From assembly GCF_000737315.1 (NCBI RefSeq), contig NZ_JMCB01000008.1, positions 186,001-250,000 on the forward strand: 64,000 bases of DNA, read 5' to 3'. The notes under the pieces were generated by a model. The model ran no database searches. It saw nothing but the letters and a program-made list of their open reading frames with translations, and was not told where the DNA came from. Source of the stretch: Hyalangium minutum. GTDB lineage: Bacteria > Myxococcota > Myxococcia > Myxococcales > Myxococcaceae. Below, in pieces: positions 49,431 to 60,324 of the stretch. The first letter of the stretch is position 1; each line of letters opens with the position of its first letter. A program made the position numbers and the translations under genes.

Positions 49431-49853
49431 TCAGGCGCTGATGCCGGCGCCCACCGCGAGGGCGAGCAGTCCGAGCACGCCTGCGGCACAGAGCGTGTAA
49501 CGCCACTCGCCGCGCAACCCGAGCATGGTGCCGGCCATCACCAGCCGCGCCACCGGCGTCACCAGGAGCAGCGAGGCGGCGCCCTTGCGCAGGGTGTCGA
49601 TGGCCACTTGCACTGTCTCGGATTGGGGCAGCGCCTCCAGTGCCAGCGAGCCGAGGAACATCGTCCCGCTGATGATGGCCCCGCCTCGCAGGATGCGGGC
49701 AATCCAACGCTCCCCCGCCGCCGAACGCCCGATGCGCTCGCGGGCTCGTGCGGGCGCTGCTGCTGGAACTTCCGTCTCTGCCACCACCGCGTTCGCCTTG
49801 GCCACCGCCCCAACGGGCGGAGGCGTCGGTGCCGCGGCCTCGCTCACTTCCAT
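49431..49853 (-). CDS. DUF1634-like membrane protein
   Basis: RWIARILRGG...S; LLLVTPVARLV; follows the TSUP gene. Confidence 0.75.
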   Translation of the reverse strand: MEVSEAAAPTPPPVGAVAKANAVVAETEVPAAAPARARERIGRSAAGERWIARILRGGAIISGTMFLGSLALEALPQSETVQVAIDTLRKGAASLLLVTPVARLVMAGTMLGLRGEWRYTLCAAGVLGLLALAVGAGISA

Positions 49854-50626
49854 ATGCTCGGCCACAGTCCCTCTCCTCCCTTCCAGAACATCTGCCCCGC
49901 CACCACCAGCAAGACGACTGCGAACAGCTTCTTGAGCACCGCCGTGGGCACGCGCGGCATGAGCCGGCTGCCCACGTACGCCCCGGCGAGCACGCCCACC
50001 ACCAGCGGAGCGACGAGCGGCAGCTTCATGTGCCCGCGCCAAGCGTAGGACGCCACGCTGGCGGCGCCCGTCACGCCGATCATCAGGTTACTGGTGGCAC
50101 TGGCCACCTTGAAGGGCACCCGCATCCCGTAGCTCATCAGTGGCACTTTGAGCGGGCCGCCGCCCACGCCCAGCAGCGCGGACAGCCCTCCGGCCACGAA
50201 CGAGCCGGAGATGCCCAGCGGGTAGTTGGTCGGCGTGTAGACGGTAGTGGCCGCGGGCTCTTCGTTCCGCGTGCGCACCAGGAGGATCTGCAGCGCGACA
50301 TAGAGGGTGAAGAGGCCGAACACCACCGCCACCATGGCCGGAGCGAGGTAGGCGGCGACCAACCCACCGGTGATGGCACCCACCACGGTGGCGAGCTCCA
50401 GCGTGAGCCCCAGTCGGATGTCACTCAGGCGATTGTCCACATAGCTGGCGGCGGCCGCACACGAGCTGGCCACCACACACATCAGGCTCGCGGGTACGGC
50501 TTCTTCGAGCGGGAGGTGGAAACCGAACACGAGCAGAGGCACGAGCACCACCCCACCGCCGATGCCAAGCATGGCGCCTGTCAGGCCGCCGAAAGCGCCC
50601 GCTGCGATGAGGAGGAAGAGTGTCAT
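49844..50626 (-). CDS. Sulfite exporter TauE/SafE (TSUP) family protein
   Basis: GAMLGIGGG, SALLGVGGGPLKVP, ASATS motifs, multiple TM helices. Confidence 0.93.
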   Translation of the reverse strand: MTLFLLIAAGAFGGLTGAMLGIGGGVVLVPLLVFGFHLPLEEAVPASLMCVVASSCAAAASYVDNRLSDIRLGLTLELATVVGAITGGLVAAYLAPAMVAVVFGLFTLYVALQILLVRTRNEEPAATTVYTPTNYPLGISGSFVAGGLSALLGVGGGPLKVPLMSYGMRVPFKVASATSNLMIGVTGAASVASYAWRGHMKLPLVAPLVVGVLAGAYVGSRLMPRVPTAVLKKLFAVVLLVVAGQMFWKGGEGLWPSIWK

Positions 50627-50776
50627 CGCGTGAGAGGATAGGAGTGGGCTCCCGGATCGGATAGACGCATTCCCGTGCAGCTCCGGAGCTCGCCTGGTCG
50701 GCTGCTGTGCTCGGACTCACGCTACGGCTTGAGGGCTGGGCGAACGTTAAGCACCGTGCCTCGCAAGCGCTGAGGC

Positions 50777-51697
50777 TCACTCCAGGAAGCGGCGCTCCCA
50801 CCGGTACAGCACTTCGTCCGGGAACTTCCACTCCGGAACGCGAGGCGACTGATAGAGCCAGGGTTCCAAGACCTGGGCCAGCTCGCGGTACGCAGGCAGG
50901 GTGTTCCCCTGCTCCAGATCTCCCGCTTCAGGCCACTCTCCGAGTGTCACGACGGCACGGCCTGCTCCCATGTTCTCCACGGTCGTCCCTCCGGAGTGCA
51001 GGCGTGCAGCCAAGCCCTCTGCCCCCCCCAGTTGTCCCAGGACGGGCTCTCCGAGAAACGTCAACCAGGACACGCCTTTGATGCGTGCACCGAGCCGGCC
51101 GGGCAGCCGCTCCATGGCCGGCATGTCCAAACCGGGGTGACGGAAGCACTGCGGCCAGAGCAACTTGCGGACCTCGTACAGGTCCTCGGAAAAATACACG
51201 GAGAGGCCTGCGTGACCGGAGTTGAAGGGCAGTTCCGCGCCCAACTCCAGAGCCAGTTTGCGGACCTGAGCCGGTCCATGCTTCTCCAGGTACTCAGTGG
51301 GCAGCCAGAACGCCACGGCGCAGGTGCGCTCCAGGTCCTGGAACTCGAAAGCTTCTTTCAAATCCCGCCCTGAGTAGCGAAACTCATAATCCGATGAGAG
51401 TCGATCCGTCTCGCGCAGCCGGATCTCGGCGCCCCGGGGATGCCCCATCTTCTGGCGTAGCATTTCCCACTGGGATTGATCGAGTTCCTGCCAATCGCCC
51501 TCTCCATCCGGCGTCCAAGCAAGTGTGCCGAGACCGATTGCCTCGCGATAACGTTCTAGGCCTCTCATCACCCCAGGAATGACTTCCTGGTGAGAGCGCT
51601 GCATATAAAAGCAGATGCTCAGGCTCGTCCGGGTGCACGGAAATCGCTCCTCCCCATCCTCCCCGTCATAGCGAATTTGTGGATAACGCTCGCTCAT
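50777..51697 (-). CDS. DUF3396 (TsiV-like) immunity protein
   Basis: WLPTEYL...ELPFNSGHAG...RHPGLD...WLTFLGEPVL...LPAYRELA...WERRFL. Confidence 0.88.
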   Translation of the reverse strand: MSERYPQIRYDGEDGEERFPCTRTSLSICFYMQRSHQEVIPGVMRGLERYREAIGLGTLAWTPDGEGDWQELDQSQWEMLRQKMGHPRGAEIRLRETDRLSSDYEFRYSGRDLKEAFEFQDLERTCAVAFWLPTEYLEKHGPAQVRKLALELGAELPFNSGHAGLSVYFSEDLYEVRKLLWPQCFRHPGLDMPAMERLPGRLGARIKGVSWLTFLGEPVLGQLGGAEGLAARLHSGGTTVENMGAGRAVVTLGEWPEAGDLEQGNTLPAYRELAQVLEPWLYQSPRVPEWKFPDEVLYRWERRFLE

Positions 51698-52524
51698 CGG
51701 GTCACTCCGAATGCGGGACGTACAGACATGACCTCGGCTTTGAAGGCCTCTTCGTACACAGTCTGCTGGTTCAGCGGATGGAATGGATGATTCGGATGGT
51801 ATTCATGCCATGAGGCCTCTTTGTCCTTCGGGCAGGGAAATTTGAAGTCAAACACCGCCTGGATGTTGAGCAGGTCGCCTGCGGCATGGACCACGACATC
51901 CGGGATCAGGGTCCCCAACAATTTGTGGAACAATCCCTCACGGAGCCACGCATCCACCTGATTGGGATTGAGCGGCTCCACAGTCCGCGTCTTCCGATCG
52001 TACCGGTAAGGTTGCTGCATGGTGACGTATTCCCAAAGTTCCTCGGGTAACTCCCTCTGGACACACTCCATCGCGGCTCGGTGCTTCTCCTGTCCCAAGT
52101 GCATGGCCCAGGTCACCTTGCGCCCGCCGTTTTCTGTCTTGAAGGTCTCCCGACAAAGTTGGCGAGAGGGGCGTTGTCCCTGTCCGAGCAGACGATCGTC
52201 GACGTCTCGGCTGGCCTGATTGGCTCAGTCGCTCAGCACCTGCACCACCCTCGCGAGGTCCGCAGCCTCCAGTAGCTTCATCAGCGCCGATGCGGCGCGC
52301 GCGGCCTCTATCGAACGGGCCACCCATGGCAGTATGGGTGTTTCGCCGCTGGGAGGCGCATAGCAGGCCGGCGTACGCATGCAGGCGCTGCTCGCTGAAT
52401 CCATCGACTGCGCGTACTGCCTGGGCGTGAACGAACCACCGCCCCTCGGCGCGGCGCACGAGCCGAGGACCCCACTGGCTCCCACCAGCAGAAAGAATCG
52501 CAATACGTCTGACAGGAAGGACAT
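51694..52524 (-). pseudogene. Lipoprotein toxin with PD-(D/E)xK nuclease-like domain, interrupted by an in-frame TGA at 52225-52227
   Basis: Lipobox LGSC; frame continues through the stop (...VLSD*ANQASRDVDD...KVTWAMHLGQEKH...PDVVVH...FDFKFPC); overlaps the immunity start. Confidence 0.85.
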
Positions 52525-52542
52525 GACCACCCTCAATGGGCG

Positions 52543-53436
52543 TCAGGCGGCGTAGGCGCCGATCGTGCCCTCGGGGAACTCTTCCAGAAAACGTGCGCGC
52601 GTACGCGGCGTGAAGGTCCCCCGGGCCATGTAGAGCAGCAGGTGCCGCAGCACCCCGCGTGTCTGCTCCAGTGCGGCTTCCACCTCGGCCGCGAAATCGA
52701 AGCTGTCGTGGCGGTACAGCTCGTGGAAGCTCAGCTGCGAGTACGCCGGCAACGAGCGCATCCGTCCCACCGGGCTCGAGAGCACCATCCCCATCATGTA
52801 GAGCCCCCTCACCCACCCGTCCACCTGCGCCTTCGTCGGCGCATGCCCCACCCGCTCCTGCGAGGCCAGCCGCACCAGCTCGTAGATGCCCCGGCCAATC
52901 CCCCTGTACGGAAAGCCCCGGCTCTTCGTCACCTGGAAGCGCGTCCGCAGCCCCGCGTTGCCCAGCATCTCCATGCCGTGCAGCTCGCGCAGGTAGAAGA
53001 GCGTCTGCGCCCATTCGATCTTCCGGTGCGCGTCCAGCTCCGTGTCCTCTTTGCGGCGGTGGCGCGCCACCAGCAGATCCACCCCCGGGTGCAGCCGCCG
53101 ATCCAAGCACAGGTGCGTGAAGTACCCCGCCAGCAACGCCAGCCCCGGCTCGGTGCCCACCAGCGCCCCGGTGGCCACCAGCTCCCCCATCTTCAGCCCC
53201 AGCCCCACTGGCGCCCGCTCGTGGTACAGGCGAGCAAACGCGGGCACCTCCCGCTCGGGCAGCAGGGCCGTCAGCCCTCCGCGCAGCCCCTCACACAGCG
53301 GGAGATCCGGCAGCGCGGCCCCAAAGCGCGCGTACGGCAAGTCCTCGGCCAGTGCGCGTGCAATGTCCTCGGGAAGGCTCCCTGGGTGGGCGGCGAGCTG
53401 CTCGATGGCGGTCAGGTGAAGGAGCAGCGAGGGCAT
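52543..53436 (-). CDS. Zinc-dependent phospholipase C family protein
   Basis: N-terminal His, GAALPD, GYFTHL..D..LHP, H..IE motifs. Confidence 0.8.
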   Translation of the reverse strand: MPSLLLHLTAIEQLAAHPGSLPEDIARALAEDLPYARFGAALPDLPLCEGLRGGLTALLPEREVPAFARLYHERAPVGLGLKMGELVATGALVGTEPGLALLAGYFTHLCLDRRLHPGVDLLVARHRRKEDTELDAHRKIEWAQTLFYLRELHGMEMLGNAGLRTRFQVTKSRGFPYRGIGRGIYELVRLASQERVGHAPTKAQVDGWVRGLYMMGMVLSSPVGRMRSLPAYSQLSFHELYRHDSFDFAAEVEAALEQTRGVLRHLLLYMARGTFTPRTRARFLEEFPEGTIGAYAA

Positions 53437-53560
53437 GCATCACCAGAGCTACCCAGCGCGCCGTGTCAATGCAACGCCCATGTGAAGCCGAAGCTTTGCG
53501 CGTAACAGGCACGGCGATACAGTCCGCGCCGCTTTCCACCCCCAGGAGTACATCCCCACC

Positions 53561-55159
53561 ATGAATTTCAGCTTCGTCCCGGGCGACGCCCTGCGGGCAG
53601 GCGGCGCCCTGCTCGTCATCCCCCTGCTTGATGGCGACCTCGGAGACACCGCTTCCACTGCCCTCACTGCCGCGGACAAGGCCCTGGAAGGCAAGCTGCG
53701 CGCAGCCGCCACCCAGGAGGGCTTCAAGGGCAAGGCGGAGCAGTCCCTGGTGCTGAACACCCTGGGCACGCTCGCCGCCGAGCGCGTCCTGCTGCTGGGC
53801 CTGGGCTCGCGAGGCAAGTTCACCCACGAGGTGCTCCGTCAGGCCGCCGGGCGCGCCGCCAAGACGGCCCAGAAGCTCAAGGTCCAGGAGCTGACCTTCG
53901 TTGTCCCAGAGGCCCTCGCCGCCCCCGAGGCCGTGCGCGCCATCGCCGAGGGCCTGCTGCTGGGCGTCTACAAGTTCGACCGCTACAAGACGGGCGGCCC
54001 CAAGGAGGAGAAGAAGGCTCCGGGGCTCGGCACGGTGAAGCTCGTGGTGTCCGGGGACGGCAAGAGCCCGGAGCTCCAGGCCGCCGTGGAGCTGGGCCGC
54101 CGCGTCGCCGAGGCCACCAACTGGGCGCGGGATCTCGTCAACGAGCCCCCCAACGTGGTGGACCCGGACCGGCTCGCCCAGGCCGCCCAGGAGGTCGCCA
54201 AGGCCACTGGGATCAAGGCCACCATCGGCGGGCGCAAGGAGATCGAGCGCCTCAAGATGGGCATGTTCCTCGGCGTCGCCCAGGGCAGCGCCCACGAGCC
54301 CCGGCTGATCCACCTGGCCTACATCCCGAAGAACCCCAAGGACGCCAAGCGCGCGCCGCTGGCGCTGGTGGGCAAGGCCATCACCTTCGACTCGGGCGGA
54401 CTGTCGCTCAAGCCTGCCGATTCGATGATCGACATGAAGACGGACATGGCGGGCTCGGCGGCGGTGCTGGGCGCCATGCGCGTCATTGGCGAGCTCGCGC
54501 CGCCCTTCCCCGTGCACGCCTTCGTGGGCGCATGCGAGAACATGCCCTCGGGCACCGCCTACCGGCCGGGTGACATCCTCACCTCGCGCCTGGGCAAGAC
54601 GGTGGAGATCACCAACACGGACGCCGAGGGCCGCCTGGTGCTGGGTGACATCCTCACCTGGGCCGTGGAGCACAAGCCCGCCGCCATCGTGGACCTGGCC
54701 ACGCTCACGGGCGCGTGCGTCATCGCCCTGGGCAACTACATCGTCGGCGCGTTCGGCGACAACGATGGTGCCATGGAGGAAGTGCTGAAGGCCGCCAAGG
54801 CCGCCGGCGAGGAGTTCTGGCGCATGCCCGTCACCGAGCTGCAGAAGGACGCGCTGCGCTCCGAAGTGGCCGACATGAAGAACGCGGGCGAGCGCTGGGG
54901 CGGAGCCATCAACGCGGCCCTGTTCCTCAAGGAGTTCGTGGGCGACACGCCCTGGGTCCACCTGGACATTGCCGGCCCGTCCACCAGCCCCAAGGAGCGC
55001 GGCTACTTCAACAAGGGCGCCACGGGCGTCGGCCTGCGCACGCTGGTCGAACTCGTGCGCCAGCGCGCCGCCTCCCCTGAGAGCACGGAGAGCCCCGCTG
55101 AGAGCGCGGCCCCTGCTCCGAAGAGCCGCGCCAAGAAGGGCCGCTCGGCCCGTGCCTGA
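53561..55159 (+). CDS. pepA: Leucyl aminopeptidase (M17)
   Basis: VGKAITFDSGG, MKTDMAG, NTDAEGRL, WVHLDIAG. Confidence 0.96.
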   Translation: MNFSFVPGDALRAGGALLVIPLLDGDLGDTASTALTAADKALEGKLRAAATQEGFKGKAEQSLVLNTLGTLAAERVLLLGLGSRGKFTHEVLRQAAGRAAKTAQKLKVQELTFVVPEALAAPEAVRAIAEGLLLGVYKFDRYKTGGPKEEKKAPGLGTVKLVVSGDGKSPELQAAVELGRRVAEATNWARDLVNEPPNVVDPDRLAQAAQEVAKATGIKATIGGRKEIERLKMGMFLGVAQGSAHEPRLIHLAYIPKNPKDAKRAPLALVGKAITFDSGGLSLKPADSMIDMKTDMAGSAAVLGAMRVIGELAPPFPVHAFVGACENMPSGTAYRPGDILTSRLGKTVEITNTDAEGRLVLGDILTWAVEHKPAAIVDLATLTGACVIALGNYIVGAFGDNDGAMEEVLKAAKAAGEEFWRMPVTELQKDALRSEVADMKNAGERWGGAINAALFLKEFVGDTPWVHLDIAGPSTSPKERGYFNKGATGVGLRTLVELVRQRAASPESTESPAESAAPAPKSRAKKGRSARA

Positions 55160-55173
55160 GCCGTATGCCCGGG

Positions 55174-55770
55174 CTAGCCTGGCTCGGGCAGCGGGTGCAC
55201 CGCGCCGAAGAGGGCCTCCACGCTCCGGTTCACATCCTCCGGAGCCGTCTCCGGCCAGGTGGCCAGGAACATGAACACCCGGCCGGGGCTGCCCTCCGTC
55301 ACCGCCACCCGGCCGCGCACCCCACCCTCCACCGTGAAGTTGAAGCCCACCGCGCTGTCGGACAGCGGCAGCGGCTCCGGATCCGAGGCGACGAAGCCGG
55401 GCTGCTCCTTCAGTCCCTCGCTGAGCCGCTCGGCGAACTGCGTGGGCGTGGCCACGGCGGGCGCCACCTGCAGCACCACCTGCGCGCCCGTGGTCCGGTG
55501 CTTCAGGACAACGGGGATGGCCATGCCCTCGGGAGCGTTCTGCTCCTCCGTCTCGTCGAGCTGCCACTCCGCCGTGGGCCGGACAATCTCGAAGCCCAGA
55601 TCCTCATCCACGTAGCGTCGCGTCGAGGACGGATACTCCTCGGCCAGCACCGCCTGGGCGCCCGGTGGCGTCTCCTGGGCCGCCTGCGGCCTCACCGCCG
55701 AGGACCGCGACGCCCCACACGCCGTGCACAGCACCACCGACACCACCCCCAGCCACCCCATCCGCCGCAT
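55174..55770 (-). CDS. Hypothetical lipoprotein
   Basis: MRRMGWLGVVSVVLCTACG signal/lipobox; GC3-biased codons. Confidence 0.75.
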   Translation of the reverse strand: MRRMGWLGVVSVVLCTACGASRSSAVRPQAAQETPPGAQAVLAEEYPSSTRRYVDEDLGFEIVRPTAEWQLDETEEQNAPEGMAIPVVLKHRTTGAQVVLQVAPAVATPTQFAERLSEGLKEQPGFVASDPEPLPLSDSAVGFNFTVEGGVRGRVAVTEGSPGRVFMFLATWPETAPEDVNRSVEALFGAVHPLPEPG

Positions 55771-55863
55771 GTCACCACCCCCACCCACCCCAAGCCCTGA
55801 TCGCAAACGTGGGTACGGCTCCCACGCGTGACCAGGGGGGTAAGGGATGAGGAGGAGCAGCTG

Positions 55864-56589
55864 TCAGGCGGAGGAAACTTCCTCGGCGATCGCGCGCGCG
55901 GCGGCCACGGGATCTGCCGCGGTGTGGACAGGTCGTCCCACCACCAGCAGATCCGCGCCCGCACGAATCGCAAAGGCGGGCGTCTCCGCGCGGGCCTGAT
56001 CTCCCTTCTCCGCGCCCGCGGGACGAATGCCCGGCGTGCACAGGAAGGGCGAGGGCCCCAGCAAGCGCCTGAGACCCTCGGCTTCGCGCGGCGAGCACAC
56101 CAGGCCATCCACGCCCGCCTTCACGGCCAGCTGCGCCAGCCGCTGCGCCGCCGCCTCGGGCGTTCCGGTGAACCCGATGGACGTCACATCCTCGGCCGAC
56201 AGCGACGTCAGCACCGTCACCGCGAGCACCTTGGGTGCCGCGTGGCCCTGCGCCTTGGCACCCTCGCGAGCCCCCTTCACGGCGGCCTTCAGCATGGCCT
56301 CGCCCCCAGCGGCGTGGACGGTGAGCAGCGCGACTCCCAGCGCTCCGGCGCGAGCCGCCGCCAGCTCCACGGTGTTGGGGATGTCATGCAGCTTCAAGTC
56401 CAGGAACACCCGCGCACCGAGCTTCTGGAACGCGGCCACCGCCGCAGGCCCGTGCTCCACGAAGAGCGAGAGCCCCACCTTGGCGTAGCCCACGTGCGGA
56501 GCCACCGTCGAGTACAGCGCGAGCCCCTGCTCCAGCGGCAGGTCCGCGGCGAGGGCGAGCCGCTCGCGCGCGGCCACGGCCTGGCTCAC
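55864..56589 (-). CDS. pyrF: Orotidine-5'-phosphate decarboxylase
   Basis: [36 protein letters not shown]. Confidence 0.97.
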   Translation of the reverse strand: MSQAVAARERLALAADLPLEQGLALYSTVAPHVGYAKVGLSLFVEHGPAAVAAFQKLGARVFLDLKLHDIPNTVELAAARAGALGVALLTVHAAGGEAMLKAAVKGAREGAKAQGHAAPKVLAVTVLTSLSAEDVTSIGFTGTPEAAAQRLAQLAVKAGVDGLVCSPREAEGLRRLLGPSPFLCTPGIRPAGAEKGDQARAETPAFAIRAGADLLVVGRPVHTAADPVAAARAIAEEVSSA

Positions 56590-57830
56590 GTCAATCCCTC
56601 CTGGAGGGCGCGGTACGTCATCGACAGCTGCTCTGCCAGAGCCTGCGGCAGCACGTTCTGCGCGGAGAACAGCGCATAGGAGACGAACGCATCGAGCGCC
56701 TCCAGCGTGAGCGCGCGAGAGAGCGCCTCGCCGCCACCGGCCACGTTGCGGCGGATCTGATCCACGTCCACGCGTCCATCCGGGCCGAGCTTCACACCGG
56801 AGTACGCCTCCTCCAGCCCTGGAGGGGGCGACTGGAGGAAGCTCTGGAACATGCTCACGTCCCGCCCCATCTCCTCGATGGCGCGGTACACCAGCGCGAG
56901 CAGCAGGTTGTAGCGCTCCTCGGGGCCGAGCAGCTCCGAGCCCACCATCTCCAGGCTCGGCGTGGGGCGCACCGGCGCGGGGGGCACCACGGGCTCGATG
57001 ACGAGCGAGCCGCCGCGGATGCGCTCCTCCATCCAGGTGAGGAAGGCGTGGATGCTGCCTTCGTAAGCCGAGCGCAGATCCTTCAGCGAGATGCCCGGCT
57101 TGGCCTTGTTGGCCAGCGACTCCTCGCCGGTCGGGAATCCCTCGGGGCCCACGCGCACGCGCACGTCCTCGGGGAACTGGCGGCGCAGCCGCGTCGTCGC
57201 CTCGCCGCGCTTGATGCCCTGGATGACCAAGTCTCGCGTGCGCTCGGGCAGCTTGACGACGTCGCTCAGCGGCGCCTGCGCTTCGAGGAAGAGGAAGGAG
57301 CCCTCCATCATCTCGAAGAGGTTCAGCACCACCTCGCGCACCAGGTACGTCATGGCGTTGTAGAGGTTGGCCTCGGAGACGATGCCCTCGGTGGTGAGCA
57401 CCTGTCCGATGCGGCGCGTGGGCGTCACCTGGGCAACGGCCAGCGTGAGCTGGTCCGAGGTGATGAGCCCCAACTGCACCAGCACCGCGCCCAGCCGCTC
57501 ATAGCGCTCGGTGGAGGTGGCGAACACCACCTGCCCATCCCGGAACGTCACCGTGCGGCGCAGCTGGTTGTGCTGGACAATCAGCTGCCCGCTGCGGATG
57601 CCGGACAAGACGTAGGAGAAGACATCCTCCATGAAGAGAGAGCCGAGGTTGCCGGCGAAGAAGCCGATCAGATCCGGCGGCTCTCTCAGGAGGATCATCC
57701 CCTCGGGCGAATGGAAGTGCGCCGAGAAGGGACGGGTGGGCGATAGGCCCATGGTGAGCGGCCGCTCGAGTTCGAGAGCCGCCGTCTCACCGGTGATGCG
57801 GGGAGTGGCTTTGGGACGTGGAGGTGCCAC
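56586..57830 (-). CDS. DUF4388 domain protein
   Basis: AGNLGS...FRDGQVVFA...RLGAVL...W/MMEGSFLF. Confidence 0.85.
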   Translation of the reverse strand: MAPPRPKATPRITGETAALELERPLTMGLSPTRPFSAHFHSPEGMILLREPPDLIGFFAGNLGSLFMEDVFSYVLSGIRSGQLIVQHNQLRRTVTFRDGQVVFATSTERYERLGAVLVQLGLITSDQLTLAVAQVTPTRRIGQVLTTEGIVSEANLYNAMTYLVREVVLNLFEMMEGSFLFLEAQAPLSDVVKLPERTRDLVIQGIKRGEATTRLRRQFPEDVRVRVGPEGFPTGEESLANKAKPGISLKDLRSAYEGSIHAFLTWMEERIRGGSLVIEPVVPPAPVRPTPSLEMVGSELLGPEERYNLLLALVYRAIEEMGRDVSMFQSFLQSPPPGLEEAYSGVKLGPDGRVDVDQIRRNVAGGGEALSRALTLEALDAFVSYALFSAQNVLPQALAEQLSMTYRALQEGLT

Positions 57831-57839
57831 GTGCCCAGT

Positions 57840-58928
57840 CTACTTCTTCTTGCTCAACTCCGCGTCGATGATGCTCTTGAATTCCTCGGCCGGCACCGCG
57901 CCCGACAGGACCACCCCGTTGATGAAGAAGGCTGGGGTGCCGCTGACCCCGGCCTTCTCACCGGCCGACATGTCCTTCTTCACGAGCTCGGCCTTCTTGC
58001 CGGAGTCCAGGCACTCGTTGAAGCGGGCGGTGTCCAGGCCCAGGTCCGCGGCGTGCTTCTTCAGGTCGTCCACCTTGAGGGCGCCCTGATTGGCGAACAG
58101 CTTGTCGTGGTACTCCCAGAACTTCTTCTGGTCATCGGCGCACGCGGCGGCCTCGGCGGCCTTCGGGGCGTCCTGGTGGAAGCTCAGCGGGAAGTGGCGG
58201 AACACCAGGCGCACCTTGTCGCCGTACTGCTTCACCACCTCGTCCACGGTGACCTTGGCGCGGCTGCAGAACGGGCACTGGAAGTCGCTGAACTCGACGA
58301 TCGTGATGGGGGCGTTGTCCGGGCCCTTGGCCGGGCCGGTGGCCTCCACCTGGATGCGCTTCTCCGGCAGGAGGACCTTCACGTCCGCCTTGGACTTCAG
58401 GTCATTGAACAGCGCCTGCGCCTTCTCGCGCTTGCCCTGCTCGCCCAGCATCTTGACGATCTCGGGCTTGACCTGCTCCAGCGTCACCTCTGCGGGCAGC
58501 TGGCCGGCGGCCTTGGCCTGGTCGTAGATCTTCTGGATCTCCGCGTCGCTCGGCTGGGCGGACTTGTCCTCCACCTCGGCCTTGAGCAGCGCGTCCTCGT
58601 TGGGCAGGCCGCGCTTCTTGGCCTCGGCCTGAACGAGCTTCTCGATGATGTAGCCATCCAGGCCGCGCTTGAGCAGGTCCTGCTTGCGCTTGTCGAGGTC
58701 CGCCAGCGGCGCGCCAATGCGGCCGGTCAGCTCGCCGTAGGTGACCTTCTGCTCGGCGCCGTCCACCTTGTAGGTGCCGACGACGGCGTCCGGGGCGAGC
58801 TCACACTGGCCGCCCGAGGCGGAAGCGGTGGCGGGGTTGGCCGCGGGAGACGTCTGCTTGTTGCAGCCGACGGCAAAGGAGGCCGCGAGCACCGCGGCCA
58901 GAAGAATACGGGAGGAGCGCTTGGACAT
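57840..58928 (-). CDS. DsbA/thioredoxin-domain lipoprotein
   Basis: EFSDFQCPFC, FRHFPL, GVSGTPAFFING; lipobox AVGC. Confidence 0.92.
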   Translation of the reverse strand: MSKRSSRILLAAVLAASFAVGCNKQTSPAANPATASASGGQCELAPDAVVGTYKVDGAEQKVTYGELTGRIGAPLADLDKRKQDLLKRGLDGYIIEKLVQAEAKKRGLPNEDALLKAEVEDKSAQPSDAEIQKIYDQAKAAGQLPAEVTLEQVKPEIVKMLGEQGKREKAQALFNDLKSKADVKVLLPEKRIQVEATGPAKGPDNAPITIVEFSDFQCPFCSRAKVTVDEVVKQYGDKVRLVFRHFPLSFHQDAPKAAEAAACADDQKKFWEYHDKLFANQGALKVDDLKKHAADLGLDTARFNECLDSGKKAELVKKDMSAGEKAGVSGTPAFFINGVVLSGAVPAEEFKSIIDAELSKKK

Positions 58929-58982
58929 GGGTCCGGCGTCTTAATCGAGGTCTCCCGTGCCTCGCAAAAGAAACTTCCGGCT

Positions 58983-59927
58983 TCAGGCGACCAGCGGCTC
59001 CAGATCCATGCCACCCGACAGCTCGGGCAAGCGCACTTCGGGCCGCTCTGTGTCCACCGGACGACCCTGCACCAGCTCGTAGCAGCTCGGATCGGACAGC
59101 ACTTTCTGCACCAGCTTGTGGTTGAGCGCGTGGCCCGTCTTGAAGACCTTCAGGTGGCCAATGACCGGGCGCCCGAACAGGGACACGTCGCCCACGGCGT
59201 CGAGAATCTTGTGCCGGACGAACTCATCCGGGAAGCGCAGCCCCTCGGGGTTGAGGATGGTGGACTCGTCCACGACGATGGCGTTGTCCAGCGAGCCACC
59301 GCGCGCCAGGCCGTGCTTCTTGAGCATCTCCACGTCCCGCAGGAAGCCGAAGGTGCGCGCGCGCGAAATCTCACCGGCGAAGCCCCGCTCGCTCACCTCC
59401 ACCTCGAAGGACTGGCAGGAGATCATCGGGTGCTTGAAGTCGATGGAGCAGCTGATCCGGAAGCGGCGGGCCGGAGACAGCGTGGCCTCCTTGTCACCCT
59501 CCACCACCGTGACGGGCTTGTTGATGACCAGGTAGAGGCGCTGCTCCTCCAGCTCGCGCACGCCCACGCTGGTGATCATCTGCACGAAGTGCTCGGCGCT
59601 GCCGTCCATGACGGGCACCTCGGGACCATCCAGCTCCACGCGCACGTTGTCGATGCCCAGCCCGGCCAGCGCCGACAGCAGGTGCTCCACCGTGCCCACC
59701 TTCACCCCGTCCTTACCCAAGGTGGTGGCCATGGAGGTGTCCACCACGTACTGCGAGAGGGCCGGGATGGCCACCTGGGCTGCTGTGTCCGTGCGGACGA
59801 AGACGATGCCGTGGTGGGCCGGAGCAGGCCACAGGGTGAGGTTTACCATCGCGCCAGAGTGGAGCCCCACCCCCTTGCAGGACACGGGCTCGGAGATGGT
59901 GCGCTGATGGTCGGGAAACACAGGCAT
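58983..59927 (-). CDS. lpxC: UDP-3-O-acyl-N-acetylglucosamine deacetylase
   Basis: QRTI, GVGLHSG, TVEHLLSAL, DGSA, RARTFGF, RHKILD, GHALN. Confidence 0.98.
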   Translation of the reverse strand: MPVFPDHQRTISEPVSCKGVGLHSGAMVNLTLWPAPAHHGIVFVRTDTAAQVAIPALSQYVVDTSMATTLGKDGVKVGTVEHLLSALAGLGIDNVRVELDGPEVPVMDGSAEHFVQMITSVGVRELEEQRLYLVINKPVTVVEGDKEATLSPARRFRISCSIDFKHPMISCQSFEVEVSERGFAGEISRARTFGFLRDVEMLKKHGLARGGSLDNAIVVDESTILNPEGLRFPDEFVRHKILDAVGDVSLFGRPVIGHLKVFKTGHALNHKLVQKVLSDPSCYELVQGRPVDTERPEVRLPELSGGMDLEPLVA

Positions 59928-60324
59928 TGCCGTATCGCCTCTCTTACTGCTTCGGTCCGGCAGGTGTTGCCGAAGGGGCCCTCCGGATCAGGCCCGAATC
60001 GTTCACTTCTGGATCTGGGACAGCCCTCAGAGATGAGCAAACCCTATGCCACTGACTTGGAAACCTGTCCGGTCGGACGGACAGGCCCACTGCCTGATAT
60101 CCCTTTGAAATGACTGGGCTTTTTTCCGGCACTGGCGTCAGGACCGCGCTCCTGTAGGGCTTTCCCCCCTCAATTGGCTGGGTCTCTTCGACATCACCGT
60201 GACATCTGTGTCCGAGATCCATCACAAACTGGCGGGTCCATAACGCAGGCAACCGCCCGGAAGCAAACACTCCTCAGGCAGAGGCCTCAGCGAGGGCCGA
60301 CCCTGTAAAATCAGCAGTGGGAGC

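Noticed and set aside
52225-52227. Selenocysteine recoding of the in-frame TGA
   Set aside because: The downstream hairpin is weak evidence in GC-rich DNA, the site is not a redox motif, and sel genes cannot be checked here; a nonsense mutation is simpler
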